Source: Eledone cirrhosa
Lineage: Eukaryota
DNA length: 64,000 nt
Direction: 5' to 3'
NCBI GenBank assembly: GCA_964016885.1
Contig: OZ024740.1
Location: forward strand, 204,848,001-204,912,000
The position numbers and the translations under genes are program-made. The notes under the pieces were generated by a model. That model made no database searches, had not been told where the DNA came from, and saw only the letters and a program-made list of their open reading frames with translations. Numbering within the stretch: the first letter of the stretch is position 1; each line of letters opens with the position of its first letter. Shown here one piece after another: positions 12,601 to 25,846 of this stretch.

Positions 12601-14540
12601 TGGCTGGGTTTATGTGACTAACAGTACCCAGGTTTGGGACAGGGAATCATGGCTGGGTTTATGTGACTAACAGTACCCAGGTTTGGGACAGGGAATCATG
12701 ACTGGGTAGATGTGACTAACAGTACCCAGGTTTGGGACAGGGAATTATGACTGGGTGTATGTGACTAACAGTACCCAGGTTTGGGACAGGGGATTATGAC
12801 TGGGTATATGTGACTAACAGTACCCAGGTTTGGGACAGGGAATCATGGCTGGGTATATGTAACTAACAGTACCCAGGTTTGGGACAGGGAATCATGACTG
12901 GGTAGATGTGACTAACAGTACCCAGGTTTGGGACAGGGAATCATGACTGGGTATATGTGACTAACAGTACCCAGGTTTGGGACAGGGAATCATGACTGGG
13001 TATATGTGACTAACAGTACCCAGGTTTGGGACAGGGAATCATGACTGGGTATATGTGACTAACAGTACCCAGGTTTGGGACAGGGAATCATGGCTGGGTA
13101 TATGTAACTAACAGTACCCAGGTTTGGGACAGGGAATCATGGCTGGGTTTATGTGACTAACAGTACCCAGGTTTGGGACAGGGAATCATGACTGGGTAGA
13201 TGTGACTAACAGTACCCAGGTTTGGGACAGGGAATCATGACTGGGTGTATGTGACTAACAGTACCCAGGTTTGGGACAGGGAATCATGGCTGGGTTTATG
13301 TGACTAACAGTACCCAGGTTTGGGACAGGGAATCATGGCTGGGTATATGTGACTAACAGTACCCAGGTTTGGGACAGGGAATCATGGCTGGGTATATGTG
13401 ACTAACAGTACCCAGGTTTGGGACAGGGAATCATGGCTGGGTATATGTGACTAACAGTACCCAGGTTTGGGACAGGGAATTATGACTGGGTGTATGTGAC
13501 TAACAGTACCCAGGTTTGGGACAGGGGATTATGACTGGGTATATGTGACTAACAGTACCCAGGTTTGGGACAGGGAATTATGACTGGGTGTATGTGACTA
13601 ACAGTACCCAGGTTTGGGACAGGGAATCATGACTGGGTAGATGTGACTAACAGTACCCAGGTTTGGGACAGGGAATTATGACTGGGTGTATGTGACTAAC
13701 AGTACCCAGGTTTGGGACAGGGAATTATGACTGGGTAGATGTGACTAACATTACCCAGGTTTAGGACAGGGGATTATGACTGGGTAGATGTGACTAACAG
13801 TACCCATGTTTGGGACAGGGAATTATGACTGGGTAGATGTGACTAACATTACCCAGGTTTAGGACAGGGGATTATGACTGGGTAGATGTGACTAACAGTA
13901 CCCAGGTTTGGGACAGGGAATTATGACTGGGTAGATGTGACTAACAGTACCCAGGTTTGGGACAGGGAATTATGACTGGGTAGATGTGACTAACAGTACC
14001 CATGTTTGGGACAGGGAATTATGACTGGGTAGATGTGACTAACAGTACCCAGGTTTGGGACAGGGAATTATGACTGGGTAGATGTGACTAACAGTACCCA
14101 GGTTTGGGACAGGGAATTATGACTGGGTAGATGTGACTAACAGTACCCAGGTTTGGGACAGGGAATTATGACTGGGTAGATGTGACTAACAGTACCCAGG
14201 TTTGGGACAGGGAATTATGACTGGGTAGATGTGACTAACAGTACCCAGGTTTGGGACAGGGAATCATGGCTGGGTAGATGTGACTAACAGTACCCAGGTT
14301 TGGGACAGGGAATTATGACTGGGTAGATGTGACTAACAGTACCCAGGTTTGGGACAGGGAATCATGACTGGGTAGATGTGACTAACAGTACCCAGGTTTA
14401 GGACAGGGAATCATGGCTGGGTATATGTGACTAACAGTACCCAGGTTTGGGACAGGGAATTATGACTGGGTAGATGTGACTAACAGTACCCAGGTTTGGG
14501 ACAGGGAATTATGACTGGGTAGATGTGACTAACAGTACCA
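9665..14540. repeat. 49-bp minisatellite, ~100 units
   Basis: Unit actgggtatatgtgactaacagtacccaggtttgggacagggaatcatg, with only point variants between units. Confidence 0.98.
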
Positions 14541-14712
14541 AGCAAGCTTCAGCCATTTTACTATCACAAGGTTTGGTTCTTGCCTGCTGCCAACATATTT
14601 GTTGACTTGCAGCCTGACAAAGTTACTTTCTTCTGCTCTCTCTACAGGATGGGATGCTTAGCAATATACTACTAGCTAATGGAGAAAAACTTTTTTAAAG
14701 CTTGCATTTTTT

Positions 14713-14735
14713 TAGTAGTGATGGTGGTGGTAGTT

Positions 14736-14816
<81 letters not shown>

Positions 14817-15015
14817 ATACTGGTGGTGGTGGTTGTAGTAGTGATACTGGTGGTAGTTGTAGTGGTGGTGATAGTAGTAGTAGTAGTAGTAGTAGTGATG
14901 GTGGTGGTGGTGGTGGTGGTTGTAGTAGTAGTAGTAGTGGTAGTAATGGTGGTGATAGTAGTAGTGATGGAGGTGGTGGTGGTAGTAGTAGTAGTGATGG
15001 TGGTGGTGGTTGTGA

Positions 15016-15050
<35 letters not shown>

Positions 15051-15421
15051 ATGGAGTAGTAGTAGTAGTAATGGAGTAGTAGTAGTAGTAGTAATGGAGT
15101 AGTAGTAGTAGTAGTAATGGAGTAGTAGTAGTAGTAATGGAGGCGGTGGTAGTAGTGGTGGTGGTGGTGGTTGTGATAGTAGTAGTAGTAGTAGTAGTAG
15201 TAGTAATGGAGTAGTAGTAGAAGTAGTAATGGAGGCGGTGGTAGTAGTGGTGGTGATGGTTGTGATAGTAGTAGTAGTAGTGATGGAGGTGATGGTAGTA
15301 GTAGTGGTAGAAGTAGTAGTATTAACACCAGTAGCAATAGATACAAGTAGTAGTAGTCCATGCCCCGACACTCTACAACCAACACCACCACCACCACCAC
15401 CGCTGCCACTACCACCACCAC
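14713..15421. repeat. Compound (TAG)n/(TGG)n microsatellite ending in (CCA)n
   Basis: Direct inspection. Confidence 0.97.
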
Positions 15422-15699
15422 ATACTGAGATATCTGAATATATTCAGCAGTGGTTTATTGACAAAAACCTGTCCACCTTTTCCTCCTTCTCTGTCCCATT
15501 TGTAAACCCTGACCCTGTCTTCACACCCTTCATGCCAACAAAAAATTGTCTTCTCCTTTCAGAAAAGTATTCCTCTTCCCCCCTCCTCGTTGATATTATA
15601 ATGTTCTACTTGATAGACTTGTCCTTGTTAGCTGACACATGGGATCTGTTAGTAGTGGGCCTTTATAAGTTGTTCATTTATTTTATTATTGTTATTATT

Positions 15700-16202
15700 T
15701 AGGACAGTATATTGGCAGTGCCAGTAGAGCTTCCGGCAACATGCTTTCCAGCATAGAGTTACGGCCCTTTACGTTCTGATTTCAAATTCTGCGGCGGTTA
15801 GCTTTGCCTTTCATCCTTACGGGGTCGATAAAATAAGGTACCAGTAACGCACTAGGATCAATTTAATCGACTTTTCCCTTCCCCCAAATTGCTGGCCTTG
15901 TGCCTATATAAGAAACGGGGTCGATAAAATAAAGTACCAGTAATGTACTAGGATAATTGCTGGCCTTGTGCCAAAATTAGAAACAATTATTATATATATA
16001 TAGATATAAGGCGGTGGATTGGCAGTATCGGTAGAGGGTCGGACGACATGCTTTGATGCAAAGAGTTACGGCCCTTTCCATTCTGAGTTTAAATTCCGCC
16101 GAGGTTAACTTTGCCTTTCATCCTTACTGGGTCGATAAAATAAAGTACCAGTAATACACTGGGATAATTGCTTGTCTTGTGCCAAAAGTAGAAACAATTA
16201 TT
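15700..16202 (+). mobile_element. Cluster of S1 SINEs (15700-15915, 3' fragment to 15990, full copy 16009-16202)
   Basis: A-box-like tggcagtatcggtaga, B-box gagtttaaattcc, (ATT)n tail. Confidence 0.85.
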
Positions 16203-16215
16203 ATATATATATATA

Positions 16216-17737
16216 TCTATACTATAAAGCTGACGGCCGTATGTAAGTAAACTTTCCGCCAGGCGGCTGGACCAAACGGCACCAAATTTGCACCATAGAT
16301 GTAACTTTTTCCAAGTAAGAAAGTGAGGGTATTTTTGTCTACTGAATTTTGTTAAAAGATTAAAGACATTATTTAAATATTCACTTCTTTAAAATTATCA
16401 AATCAACATTTCCGGTTATACGACATTCCTAACGTCTTCACGAACCAAAGTATCATCTTCCTGTTTTCTTTCGGTTGCAACGATTTTCGAAATATTTACT
16501 TCTTCGTTCATAGATTGATTTTTTTAGTTTCAGAAGATCCCGTTAAGGGTGAAAGCAGCGATTCTTTGCTTAAACTTTAATATGTTATTTTAATATATAT
16601 ATAATTATATATTTGTGTACAGATATTTTTGCATACACAAAACGTATTCATTTCCCGAAAGCACAGACGGCTTATCGTCATTGTTACTGCCGAGATGCCA
16701 CCCAAAAAGTCCCAGCCTGGCCGCAAGATCAGATTTTCCAGAAGAAAAAATGTTACTAGAGCAACAGAGAGACTAAGCTTCGCGATTAACATCAACAAAG
16801 CTCAGGGCCAAACCCTAAAAGTGGCTGGCCTTCATCTGGGAAAACCATGGTCAATTGTATGTAGGATGATCTAGGTTGAGCTCGCCAAACAATCTCTTCA
16901 TCTTTGCTCCCAAGGGCCGAACAAAAAATATTGTATACTCTGAGGCTCTAACAATGTAATTTATGTATTTTCTGTTACTTGGAATTTCCATTATGGTTGT
17001 ACAAATTATTGTAAAGTTTGCTAAAAAATTTGTTCTCTGTTCAACCTTTATTGTTGTAACTATCAATTTTCTTTAACGTACTGGCTGTGAAAAGAAACCT
17101 ACAATGAAAGAACATCTTAAAGTTTACCCAAGCCAAATGTAGTATTTATTAACATTTCTATCTGCGGGTTCTTAGCAAGCTTACTGGCGCTTTAGTATGG
17201 TATTCAATTCTCATATCGTTTTTCATTGATATGGTGCATATATCGCAGCTATTCATGTTTTAAACATTAGATAACGATTGCTTATGTATCTTGTACGACA
17301 GAATTAGCTGAAAAATATTTTGAATGAACAAACAAAAGAGATATAAAAGAGATGTTTGTTGGTTGGTTCCTTCGCGTATCTCACAAAAAAAACGAAAAGT
17401 GACAATTGGAAAGTATGTACCGGATTGGGATAAGAGTATATACAGGAAAGTTTATTGCTAACCAACCTGACTGATATTTCTAGCAGGCTGGGAATCAACC
17501 ATAAGGGATTCTCTCTGCATGTTCGTTGTCAGTGATGATCGTGTTTCGCGGCCTATGTCTCTGATTCCAACGGTGGTTTACACACACACACACACACACA
17601 TACATATATATACACACACACACACAAACATACACACACACTGTAAATAAGACAATGCATTCAATACAGATGTTTTCTCTTCTGCCGGTCTTCTCTTATC
17701 ATTTGTTAACCTTGACGAAGCTAGGTACCTCAACTAG
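16216..17737 (+). mobile_element. Internally deleted non-autonomous Helitron with RepHel remnants
   Basis: 5' TCTATACTATAAA; 3' hairpin + CTAG inserted in A|T. Pif1-helicase motifs LSFAININKAQGQTL and HGQLYV..SR...PKGRTKNIVYSEAL at 16770-16955. Confidence 0.85.
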
Positions 17738-17754
17738 TATATATATATATATAT

Positions 17755-18470
17755 CATCATCATCATTGTTTAACGTCCATCTTCCACGCTAGCATAGGTT
17801 AGATGATTTTGTTCCATTTGATGGGAGACGATGTCTCGCTCGCACGGAAGTGTCTCTGGCAGGTTTTTTTTTACAGCTGGATGCCCCCCCCTAACACCAA
17901 CCACATTTACAGTGTGGACTGGGAGCCTTTTCACCATGTCTCCTACACGACCACCTTACAGTGTGGACTGTTGTGTCATCGACACAGTGGACGGAACGGG
18001 ACAGGGAGCATGGGGTAGGACGTGGGGGTGAGGTGTACATTGGGTTAAAAGGTGCCTACTGACTAGGTTTGTATACAATGGCAGTCGCATATATCATCAT
18101 CATCACCGTTTTACGTCCGTTCTTCCACGCTAGCATGGGTTAGACAGGTTGTCCTGTTGTGGGCAGTGTCCGGTTGGCTGACCTTGTCTTGTTCATACTG
18201 GAACTGATTCTGGCATGAATTCTATAGCTGGATGCCCTTCCTAACACCAACCTCATTTACACGTTCATTTTACAGTGTGGGCTGGGTGCTTTTTTTGTCG
18301 TGGAACCTCCACGACCACTTTACAGTAAGGGGGGGGGGGGCATATTGTCTATATGCTTCAGCTTCAGCTTATACCCATGGGAAGTCCGGTCTTCTGTATT
18401 ACTACGTGATCCAGAGGTCACGGTCCTGCGTCATCGCCTTTGAGAGGTGCAATTGGATAAGGTCGGCTTA
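17755..18470 (-). mobile_element. Two short 3' ends of RTE family A (17755-18070; 18092-18470)
   Basis: (CAT)n, aacgtcc..ccacgctagcatgg tail and UTR similar to 43324-43750. Confidence 0.85.
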
Positions 18471-18811
18471 TTTATATATATATATAATTTCTGCCTGACA
18501 GATAGTATTAGCAATTGGAAAAACCAATGGAAACATTGTTTCCTTGGTCCGATTTGTCGAGATCCACTCATTAAGTGAATGATGTCTAGGATCTTGTCAA
18601 TAGACTATTGGTATATATTGTCATCATCATCATCACCGTTTAACATCCATTTTCCATGCTTGCATGGTTTAGATGGGTTGTCCACATTGAGAGAGAAATC
18701 TGGCCAGAACTTGCTATATCGTACCTTGCTCTGATGGAACTGTAAATTTGGTCAGAGTTTTTACAACTATATGCCTTTCCTAACACCAACCACATTTATA
18801 TATATATTATA

Positions 18812-19052
18812 TATCCAAAATTAAATTAAGGGTGTCATGTCTGAGACATGCGCCATATCCACTGTAGAATAAGCTCAAAGATTTCAAATTATCCCCTGTG
18901 ATTGTTTCATGTGTTTATTTTAGCTGTATATGTCAATCAATTTCTAGTTGATATAAAATGCTCGGATCTATTCATTGGAATCGTTGAGCATATTCTACAG
19001 TGGATATGGCGCATTACTCGGACATGACACCCTTAATTTAATTTTGAATATA
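18812..19052. repeat. (TA)n-flanked fold-back element, ~75-bp imperfect arms
   Basis: aaaattaaattaagggtgtcatgtc..gcgccatatccactgtagaata / tattctacagtggatatggcgc..gacatgacacccttaatttaatttt. The spacer sequence recurs at 19462-19525. Confidence 0.85.
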
Positions 19053-20049
19053 TATGCGGACGTAAAATGATGATGATGATAATGATGATGATGATGATAC
19101 GGCCCCTTAATTGTAGAGCTAACTCAGTTGAAAGGACTCGGCTGCTATTTCTAGCTGTCGATAATCCTATTCACGTCACTGGGATGACGCTGGTACGATG
19201 TGTGTATTTTTTTAAAAATGCAACACGTGCGACGGGTCATTTGCAGATTTGCATTTGCTGTGTAAACACAGATAGTTAAATCTTCTCCCTTGTTGAAAAT
19301 CTGGGATTTGGCTACTGTGATTTACGGATTAATAGTGAAATATATTTCTTTAATGAAATATATACAAGGAAGATTAATCATTTTAAAAGGTATCTATATT
19401 TGAAGTTCTAGTTTAACTTTAATTAGTTACCTACCTAGCTGTGTGTGCTTACACACTTTACAAATTATCCCCTGTGATTGTTTTATGTGTTTATTTTAGA
19501 TATATATATATGTCAATCAATTTCAATCAATAATATATTATAAAGATTTTCTGCTCTTTGGTTAAGATTTTACCATTGCTATCCAAACAGTAAAAGCTTA
19601 GCTGAGGGCAGAAAAAAATCTTTATAATATCTACACTCTACTTTTCTTAAATATAGAGTACTAAATTGAATAATAATCTCACTGGTCTTACCTAGTAACA
19701 TCTCATTCATCTATACATAGATATATAATGAAGAAACAACTTATTTATAATGTATGAACATCTAGTTGACTTAAACATTGAGAAATTTTAAAATTTGAAA
19801 TGTAATCATCCTAACGTAAATGACTGTAATAATAGTTGAGAAAATCAAGTAGAGTCCTCTCAGAGATGAAAAAAGGTAGGCACAGGCATCTGTGGAGAGA
19901 CGCCTCTATCCATATTTTTCTGTCTTCCGATGGACTTAAGCAGGTTTTCTCAACTATAATTTATCATTTATTGTTATAAGAGAGTTTTCACTTTATCTTG
20001 ATAAAATCATATTTGTGGAATGATTATATAAACATTAGTGAAAGAACAG

Positions 20050-20108
<59 letters not shown>

Positions 20109-20114
<6 letters not shown>

Positions 20115-20331
20115 AAGAGGGCGTGGTAAGAATACACCAGAGTACTCAATACTTGGGGTAGTAGTGTGGGTAATAGGAAAAGTGTCAGGACCCTGACGGC
20201 TGAGCTCCAACTGTTTCGACAGCTAGATCCGAAATGTTCGGATCTAGCTGTCAAAACAGTCGGAGCTCAGCCGTCGGGGTCCTGACTCTTTTCCCATATA
20301 CATATATATATGTATATGGGAAAAGAATCAG
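20109..20331 (-). mobile_element. Fold-back family P1 copy (hammerhead 3' half), palindrome 20176-20294
   Basis: Palindrome plus conserved tail tactaccccaagtattgagtactctggtg (reverse complement here); in (TA)n. Confidence 0.7.
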
Positions 20332-20416
20332 TATATATATATATGAGTACTAGCAGTGATACTCATGCTAGTCCCGTCAACTTATTATATATATATATAT
20401 ATGTGTATATATATAA

Positions 20417-20608
20417 GAGTCTGGACCCTGACAGCTGAGGTCTTGCCGTTTAAACAGCTAGTTCCAGATTGGAATCAACTGCTGAAACGGCAAGAGCTCA
20501 GCCATCAGGGTCCCGACACTTTCATATAAACATATACTACTACCCCAAGTATTGAGTACTCTGGTGAATAATGGTCTAACCAGTTTCTAACTGAATCGTT
20601 CCTGATTT
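20417..20608 (+). mobile_element. Fold-back family P1 copy, palindrome 20418-20519
   Basis: ggaccctgacagctgag...gaaacggcaagagctcagccatcagggtcc plus the tactaccccaagtattgagtac tail. Confidence 0.7.
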
Positions 20609-20624
20609 ATATATATATATATAT

Positions 20625-20811
20625 AATTGTTTCTACTTTAGGCACAAGGCCAGCAATTACCCAGTGCATTACTGGTACTTTATTTTATCGACCCCGTAAG
20701 GATGAAAGGCAAAGTCAACCTCGGCAGGATTTGAACTCAGATCGTAAAGGGACGTAACTATGCTGGAAAGCATGGCTTCCGACCCTCTACCGATACTGCC
20801 AATCCACCGCC
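20625..20811 (-). mobile_element. S1 SINE, full length, young
   Basis: Near-identical to 58114-58302. Confidence 0.9.
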
Positions 20812-21076
20812 ATATATATATATATAATATTCATATATAAAGGAACAAAAAATCAGTGTTGCATCAGATACATATTTAATTAGATATTACATATGTTTCA
20901 CTGTCGATCAGCTCGAGGAACGATCTATTAATGATCGAACCTGACTCTGGAATCGGAAGCGCCTCAGATATGTTTTAACATGTAGACTCGCGTTTAACAC
21001 GTAGACTCACTCTCAGACGTAGTCTCACTCTCAGTTCGATCATCATCTATGAAGGCAATTAATTTGCACCTTAATA

Positions 21077-21153
<77 letters not shown>

Positions 21154-21259
21154 TACACACATAGAGATAATTTCTAGCTCAGTTGACTACAAAGGTTTAG
21201 AAGAAGACAGCATGAAGAAGATGAGCAAGTAGACAGACCAATGGAGATATGTTGCGGTT

Positions 21260-24200
21260 CTACAACAGAATATTGTGTGTTATGTGTCTCCCTTTGTGTG
21301 TCATCCTATCTTGAGAGGGCAGAGCTCTCAAGTAGAGCAGAACATTGTGTTATGTGTCTCCCTTTGTGTGTCATCCTACCTTTAGAGGGCAGAGCTCTCA
21401 AGTAGAGCAGAACATTGTGTTATGTGTCTCCCTTTGTGTGTCATCCTATCTTTAGAGGGCAGAGCTCTCAGGTACAGCAGAACACTGTGTTATGTGTCTC
21501 CCTTTGTGTGTCATCCTACCTTTAGAGGGCAGAGCTCTCAGGTACACCAGAACACTGTGTTATGTGTCTCCCTTTGTGTGACATCCTATCTTTAGAGGGC
21601 AGAGCTCTCAGGTACAACAGAACATTGTGTTATGTGTCTCCCTTTGTGTGTCATCCTACCTTGAGAGGGCAGAGCTCTCAAGTACAGCAGAACATTGTGT
21701 TATGTGTCTCCCTTTGTGTGACATCCTATCTTTAGAGGGCAGAGCTCTCAAGTACAGCAGAACACTGTGTTATGTGTCTCCCTTTGTGTGTCATCCTACC
21801 TTGAGAGGGCAGAGCTCTCAAGTAGAGCAGAACATTGTGTTATGTGTCTCCCTTTGTGTGACATCCTATCTTTAGAGGGCAGAGCTCTCAAGTACAACAG
21901 AACACTGTGTTATGTGTCTCCCTTTGTGTGTCATCCTACCTTGAGAGGGCAGAGCTCTCAAGTACAGCAGAACATTGTGTTATGTGTCTCCCTTTGTGTG
22001 ACATCCTATCTTTAGAGGGCAGAGCTCTCAGGTACAGCAGAACACTGTGTTATGTGTCTCCCTTTGTGTGTCATCCTACCTTGAGAGGGCAGAGCTCTCA
22101 GGTACAACAGAACACTGTGTTATGTGTCTCCCTTTGTGTGTCATCCTACCTTGAGAGGGCAGAGCTCTCAGGTACAACAGAACACTGTGTTATGTGTCTC
22201 CCTTTGTGTGTCATCCTACCTTGAGAGGGCAGAGCTCTCAAGTACAACAGAACACTGTGTTATGTGTCCCCCTTTGTGTGTCATCCTACCTTTAGAGGGC
22301 AGAGCTCTCAAGTACAGCAGAACACTGTGTTATGTGTCTCCCTTTGTGTGTCATCCTATCTTTAGAGGGCAGAGCTCTCAAGTACAACAGAACATTGTGT
22401 TATGTGTCTCCCTTTGTGTGTCATCCTACCTTGAGAGGGCAGAGCTCTCAAGTAGAGCAGAACATTGTGTTATGTGTCTCCCTTTGTGTGTCATCCTATC
22501 TTTAGAGGGCAGAGCTCTCAAGTACAGCAGAACATTGTGTTATGTGTCTCCCTTTGTGTGTCATCCTATCTTTAGAGGGCAGAGCTCTCAGGTACAGCAG
22601 AACACTGTGTTATGTGTCTCCCTTTGTGTGTCATCCTATCTTGAGAGGGCAGAGCTCTCAAGTACAGCAGAACATTGTGTTATGTGTCTCCCTTTGTGTG
22701 TCATCCTATCTTGAGAGGGCAGAGCTCTCAGATACAGCAGAACACTGTGTTATGTGTCTCCCTTTGTGTGTCATCCTACCTTGAGAGGGCAGAGCTCTCA
22801 GGTACAACAGAACACTGTGTTTTGTGTCTCCCTTTGTGTCATCCTACCTTTAGAGGGCAGAGCTCTCAGATACAGCAGAACACTGTGTTTTGTGTCTCCC
22901 TTTGTGTGTCATCCTACCTTGAGAGGGCAGAGCTCTCAAGTACAACAGAACACTGTGTTATGTGTCCCCCTTTGTGTGTCATCCTACCTTTAGAGGGCAG
23001 AGCTCTCAAGTACAGCAGAACACTGTGTTATGTGTCTCCCTTTGTGTGTCATCCTACCTTTAGAGGGCAGAGCTCTCAAGTACAGCAGAACACTGTGTTA
23101 TGTGTCTCCCTTTGTGTGTCATCCTATCTTTAGAGGGCAGAGCTCTCAAGTACAACAGAACATTGTGTTATGTGTCTCCCTTTGTGTGACATCCTATCTT
23201 TAGAGGGCAGAGCTCTCAAGTAGAGCAGAACATTGTGTTATGTGTCTCCCTTTGTGTGACATCCTACCTTTAGAGGGCAGAGCTCTCAAGTACAACAGAA
23301 CACTGTGTTATGTGTCTCCCTTTGTGTGTCATCCTACCTTTAGAGGGCAGAGCTCTCAAGTACAGCAGAACACTGTGTTGTGTGTCTCCCTTTGTGTGTC
23401 ATCCTACCTTTAGAGGGCAGAGCTCTCAGGTACGACAGAACACTGTGTTATGTGTCTCCCTTTGTGTGTCATCCTACCTTTAGAGGGCAGAGCTCTCAGG
23501 TACAACACAACATTGTGTTATGTGTCTCCCTTTGTGTGACATCCTATCTTTAGAGGGCAGAGCTCTCAGGTACAGCAGAACACTGTGTTATGTGTCTCCC
23601 TTTGTGTGTCATCCTACCTTTAGAGGGCAGAGCTCTCAGATACAGCAGAACACTGTGTTATGTGTATCCCTTTGTGTGTCATCCTACCTTTAGAGGGCAG
23701 AGCTCTCAAGTAGAGCAGAACATTGTGTTATGTGTCTCCCTTTGTGTGTCATCCTATCTTGAGAGGGCAGAGCTCTCAGGTACAACAGAACACTGTCTTA
23801 TGTGTCTCCCTTTGTATGTCATCCTACCTTTAGAGGGCAGAGCTCTCAAGTACAGCAGAACACTGTGTTGTGTGTCTCCCTTTGTGTGTCATCCTACCTT
23901 TAGAGGGCAGAGCTCTCAGGTACAACAGAACACTGTGTTATGTGTCTCCCTTTGTGTGTCATCCTACCTTTAGAGGGCAGAGCTCTCAAGTACAGCAGAA
24001 CACTGTGTTGTGTGTCATCCTACCTTTAGAGGGCAGAGCTCTCAAGTACAGCAGAACACTGTGTTGTGTGTCTCCCTTTGTGTGTCATCCTACCTTTAGA
24101 GGGCAGAGCTCTCAGGTACAGCAGAACACTGTGTTATGTGTCTCCCTTTGTGTGTCATCCTACCTTTAGAGGGCAGAGCTCTCAAGTACAACACAACATT

Positions 24201-25797
24201 GTGTTATGTGTCTCCCTTTGTGTGACATCCTATCTTTAGAGGGCAGAGCTCTCAAGTACAACAGAACATTGTGTTATGTGTCCCCCTTTGTGTGTCATCC
24301 TACCTTTAGAGGGCAGAGCTCTCAAGTACAGCAGAACACTGTGTTATGTGTCCCCCTTTGTGTGTCATCCTAGCTTTAGAGGGCAGAGCTCTCAAGTACA
24401 GCAGAACATTGTGTTATGTGTCTCCCTTTGTGTGACATCCTATCTTTAGAGGGCAGAGCTCTCAAGTACAACAGAACACTGTGTTATGTGTCTCCCTTTG
24501 TGTGACATCCTATCTTTAGAGGGCAGAGCTCTCAAGTACAACAGAACACTGTGTTATGTGTCTCCCTTTGTGTGTCATCCTACCTTTAGAGGGCAGAGCT
24601 CTCAAGTACAGCAGAACATTGTGTTATGTGTCTCCCTTTGTGTGACATCCTATCTTTAGAGGGCAGAGCTCTCAAGTACAACAGAACACTGTGTTATGTG
24701 TCTCCCTTTGTGTGACATCCTATCTTTAGAGGGCAGAGCTCTCAAGTACAACAGAACATTGTGTTATGTGTCTCCCTTTGTGTGACATCCTATCTTTAGA
24801 GGGCAGAGCTCTCAAGTACAACAGAACATTGTGTTATGTGTCTCCCTTTGTGTGTCATCCTATCTTTAGAGGGCAGAGCTCTCAAGTAGAGCAGAACATT
24901 GTGTTATGTGTCTCCCTTTGTGTGTCATCCTATCTTGAGAGGGCAGAGCTCTCAAGTACAGCAGAACACTGTGTTATGTGTCTCCCTTTGTGTGTCATCC
25001 TACCTTTAGAGGGCAGAGCTCTCAAGTACAGCAGAACACTGTGTTATGTGTCTCCCTTTGTGTGACATCCTATCTTTAGAGGGCAGAGCTCTCAAGTACA
25101 ACAGAACATTGTGTTATGTGTCTCCCTTTGTGTGTCATCCTACCTTTAGAGGGCAGAGCTCTCAAGTACAGCAGAACACTGTGTTATGTGTCTCCCTTTG
25201 TGTGACATCCTATCTTTAGAGGGCAGAGCTCTCAAGTACAACAGAACATTGTGTTATGTGTCTCCCTTTGTGTGTCATCCTACCTTGAGAGGGCAGAGCT
25301 CTCAAGTAGAGCAGAACATTGTGTTATGTGTCTCCCTTTGTGTGACATCCTATCTTTAGAGGGCAGAGCTCTCAAGTACAGCAGAACACTGTGTTATGTG
25401 TCTCCCTTTGTGTGTCATCCTACCTTTAGAGGGCAGAGCTCTCAGGTACAACACAACATTGTGTTGTGTGTCTCCCTTTGTGTGTCATCCTATCTTGAGA
25501 GGGCAGAGCTCTCAGGTACAGCAGAACATTGTGTTATGTGTCATCCTATCTTGAGAGGGCAGAGCTCTCAGATACAACAGAACACTGTGTTATGTGTCTC
25601 CCTTTGTGTGTCATCCTATCTTGAGAGGGCAGAGCTCTCAGATACAACAGAACACTGTGTTATGTGTCTCCCTTTGTGTGTCATCCTATCTTGAGAGGGC
25701 AGAGCTCTCAAGTACAGCAGAACACTGTGTTATGTGTCTCCCTTTGTGTGTCATCCTATCTTGAGAGGGCAGAGCTCTCAGGTACAGCAGAACACTG
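21260..25797. repeat. 70-bp minisatellite, ~65 units
   Basis: Unit tacagcagaacactgtgttatgtgtctccctttgtgtgtcatcctacctttagagggcagagctctcaag; shortened units near 22830, 24010 and 25540. Confidence 0.98.
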
Positions 25798-25846
25798 CAT
25801 TTTGACTTAATTTTTATATCTTTTCTCTGAACTGTGCAAACCCTTC

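Larger units (their letters stand above)
9125..14712 (-). mobile_element. Old RTE/BovB-type LINE 3' fragment, split by a hAT MITE and the 49-bp minisatellite
   Basis: Minus-strand translation across the flanks gives KKMQA.. / FVRLQVNKYVG.QEP / LVIVKWLKLAWY / [array] / NSLFKTIL.GTVEG..RRG / DRDQWQ, the RTE C-terminal domain. Confidence 0.75.

Noticed and set aside
9665-14540. CRISPR-like array
   Set aside because: Contiguous near-identical units with no unique spacers, no cas genes, eukaryotic context.
14610-14700. Plus-strand splice acceptor (ttctgctctctctacag)
   Set aside because: Falls within the antisense of the old RTE ORF and hits a stop with no donor.
14672-15702. Poly-T/V/S/H ORFs (mucin-like)
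   Set aside because: Translation of a trinucleotide microsatellite; open in several frames on both strands.
21260-25797. Cys-rich ORFs or CRISPR in the 70-bp array
   Set aside because: The unit is not a multiple of 3; ORFs open and close with a single G/T variant; no spacers.
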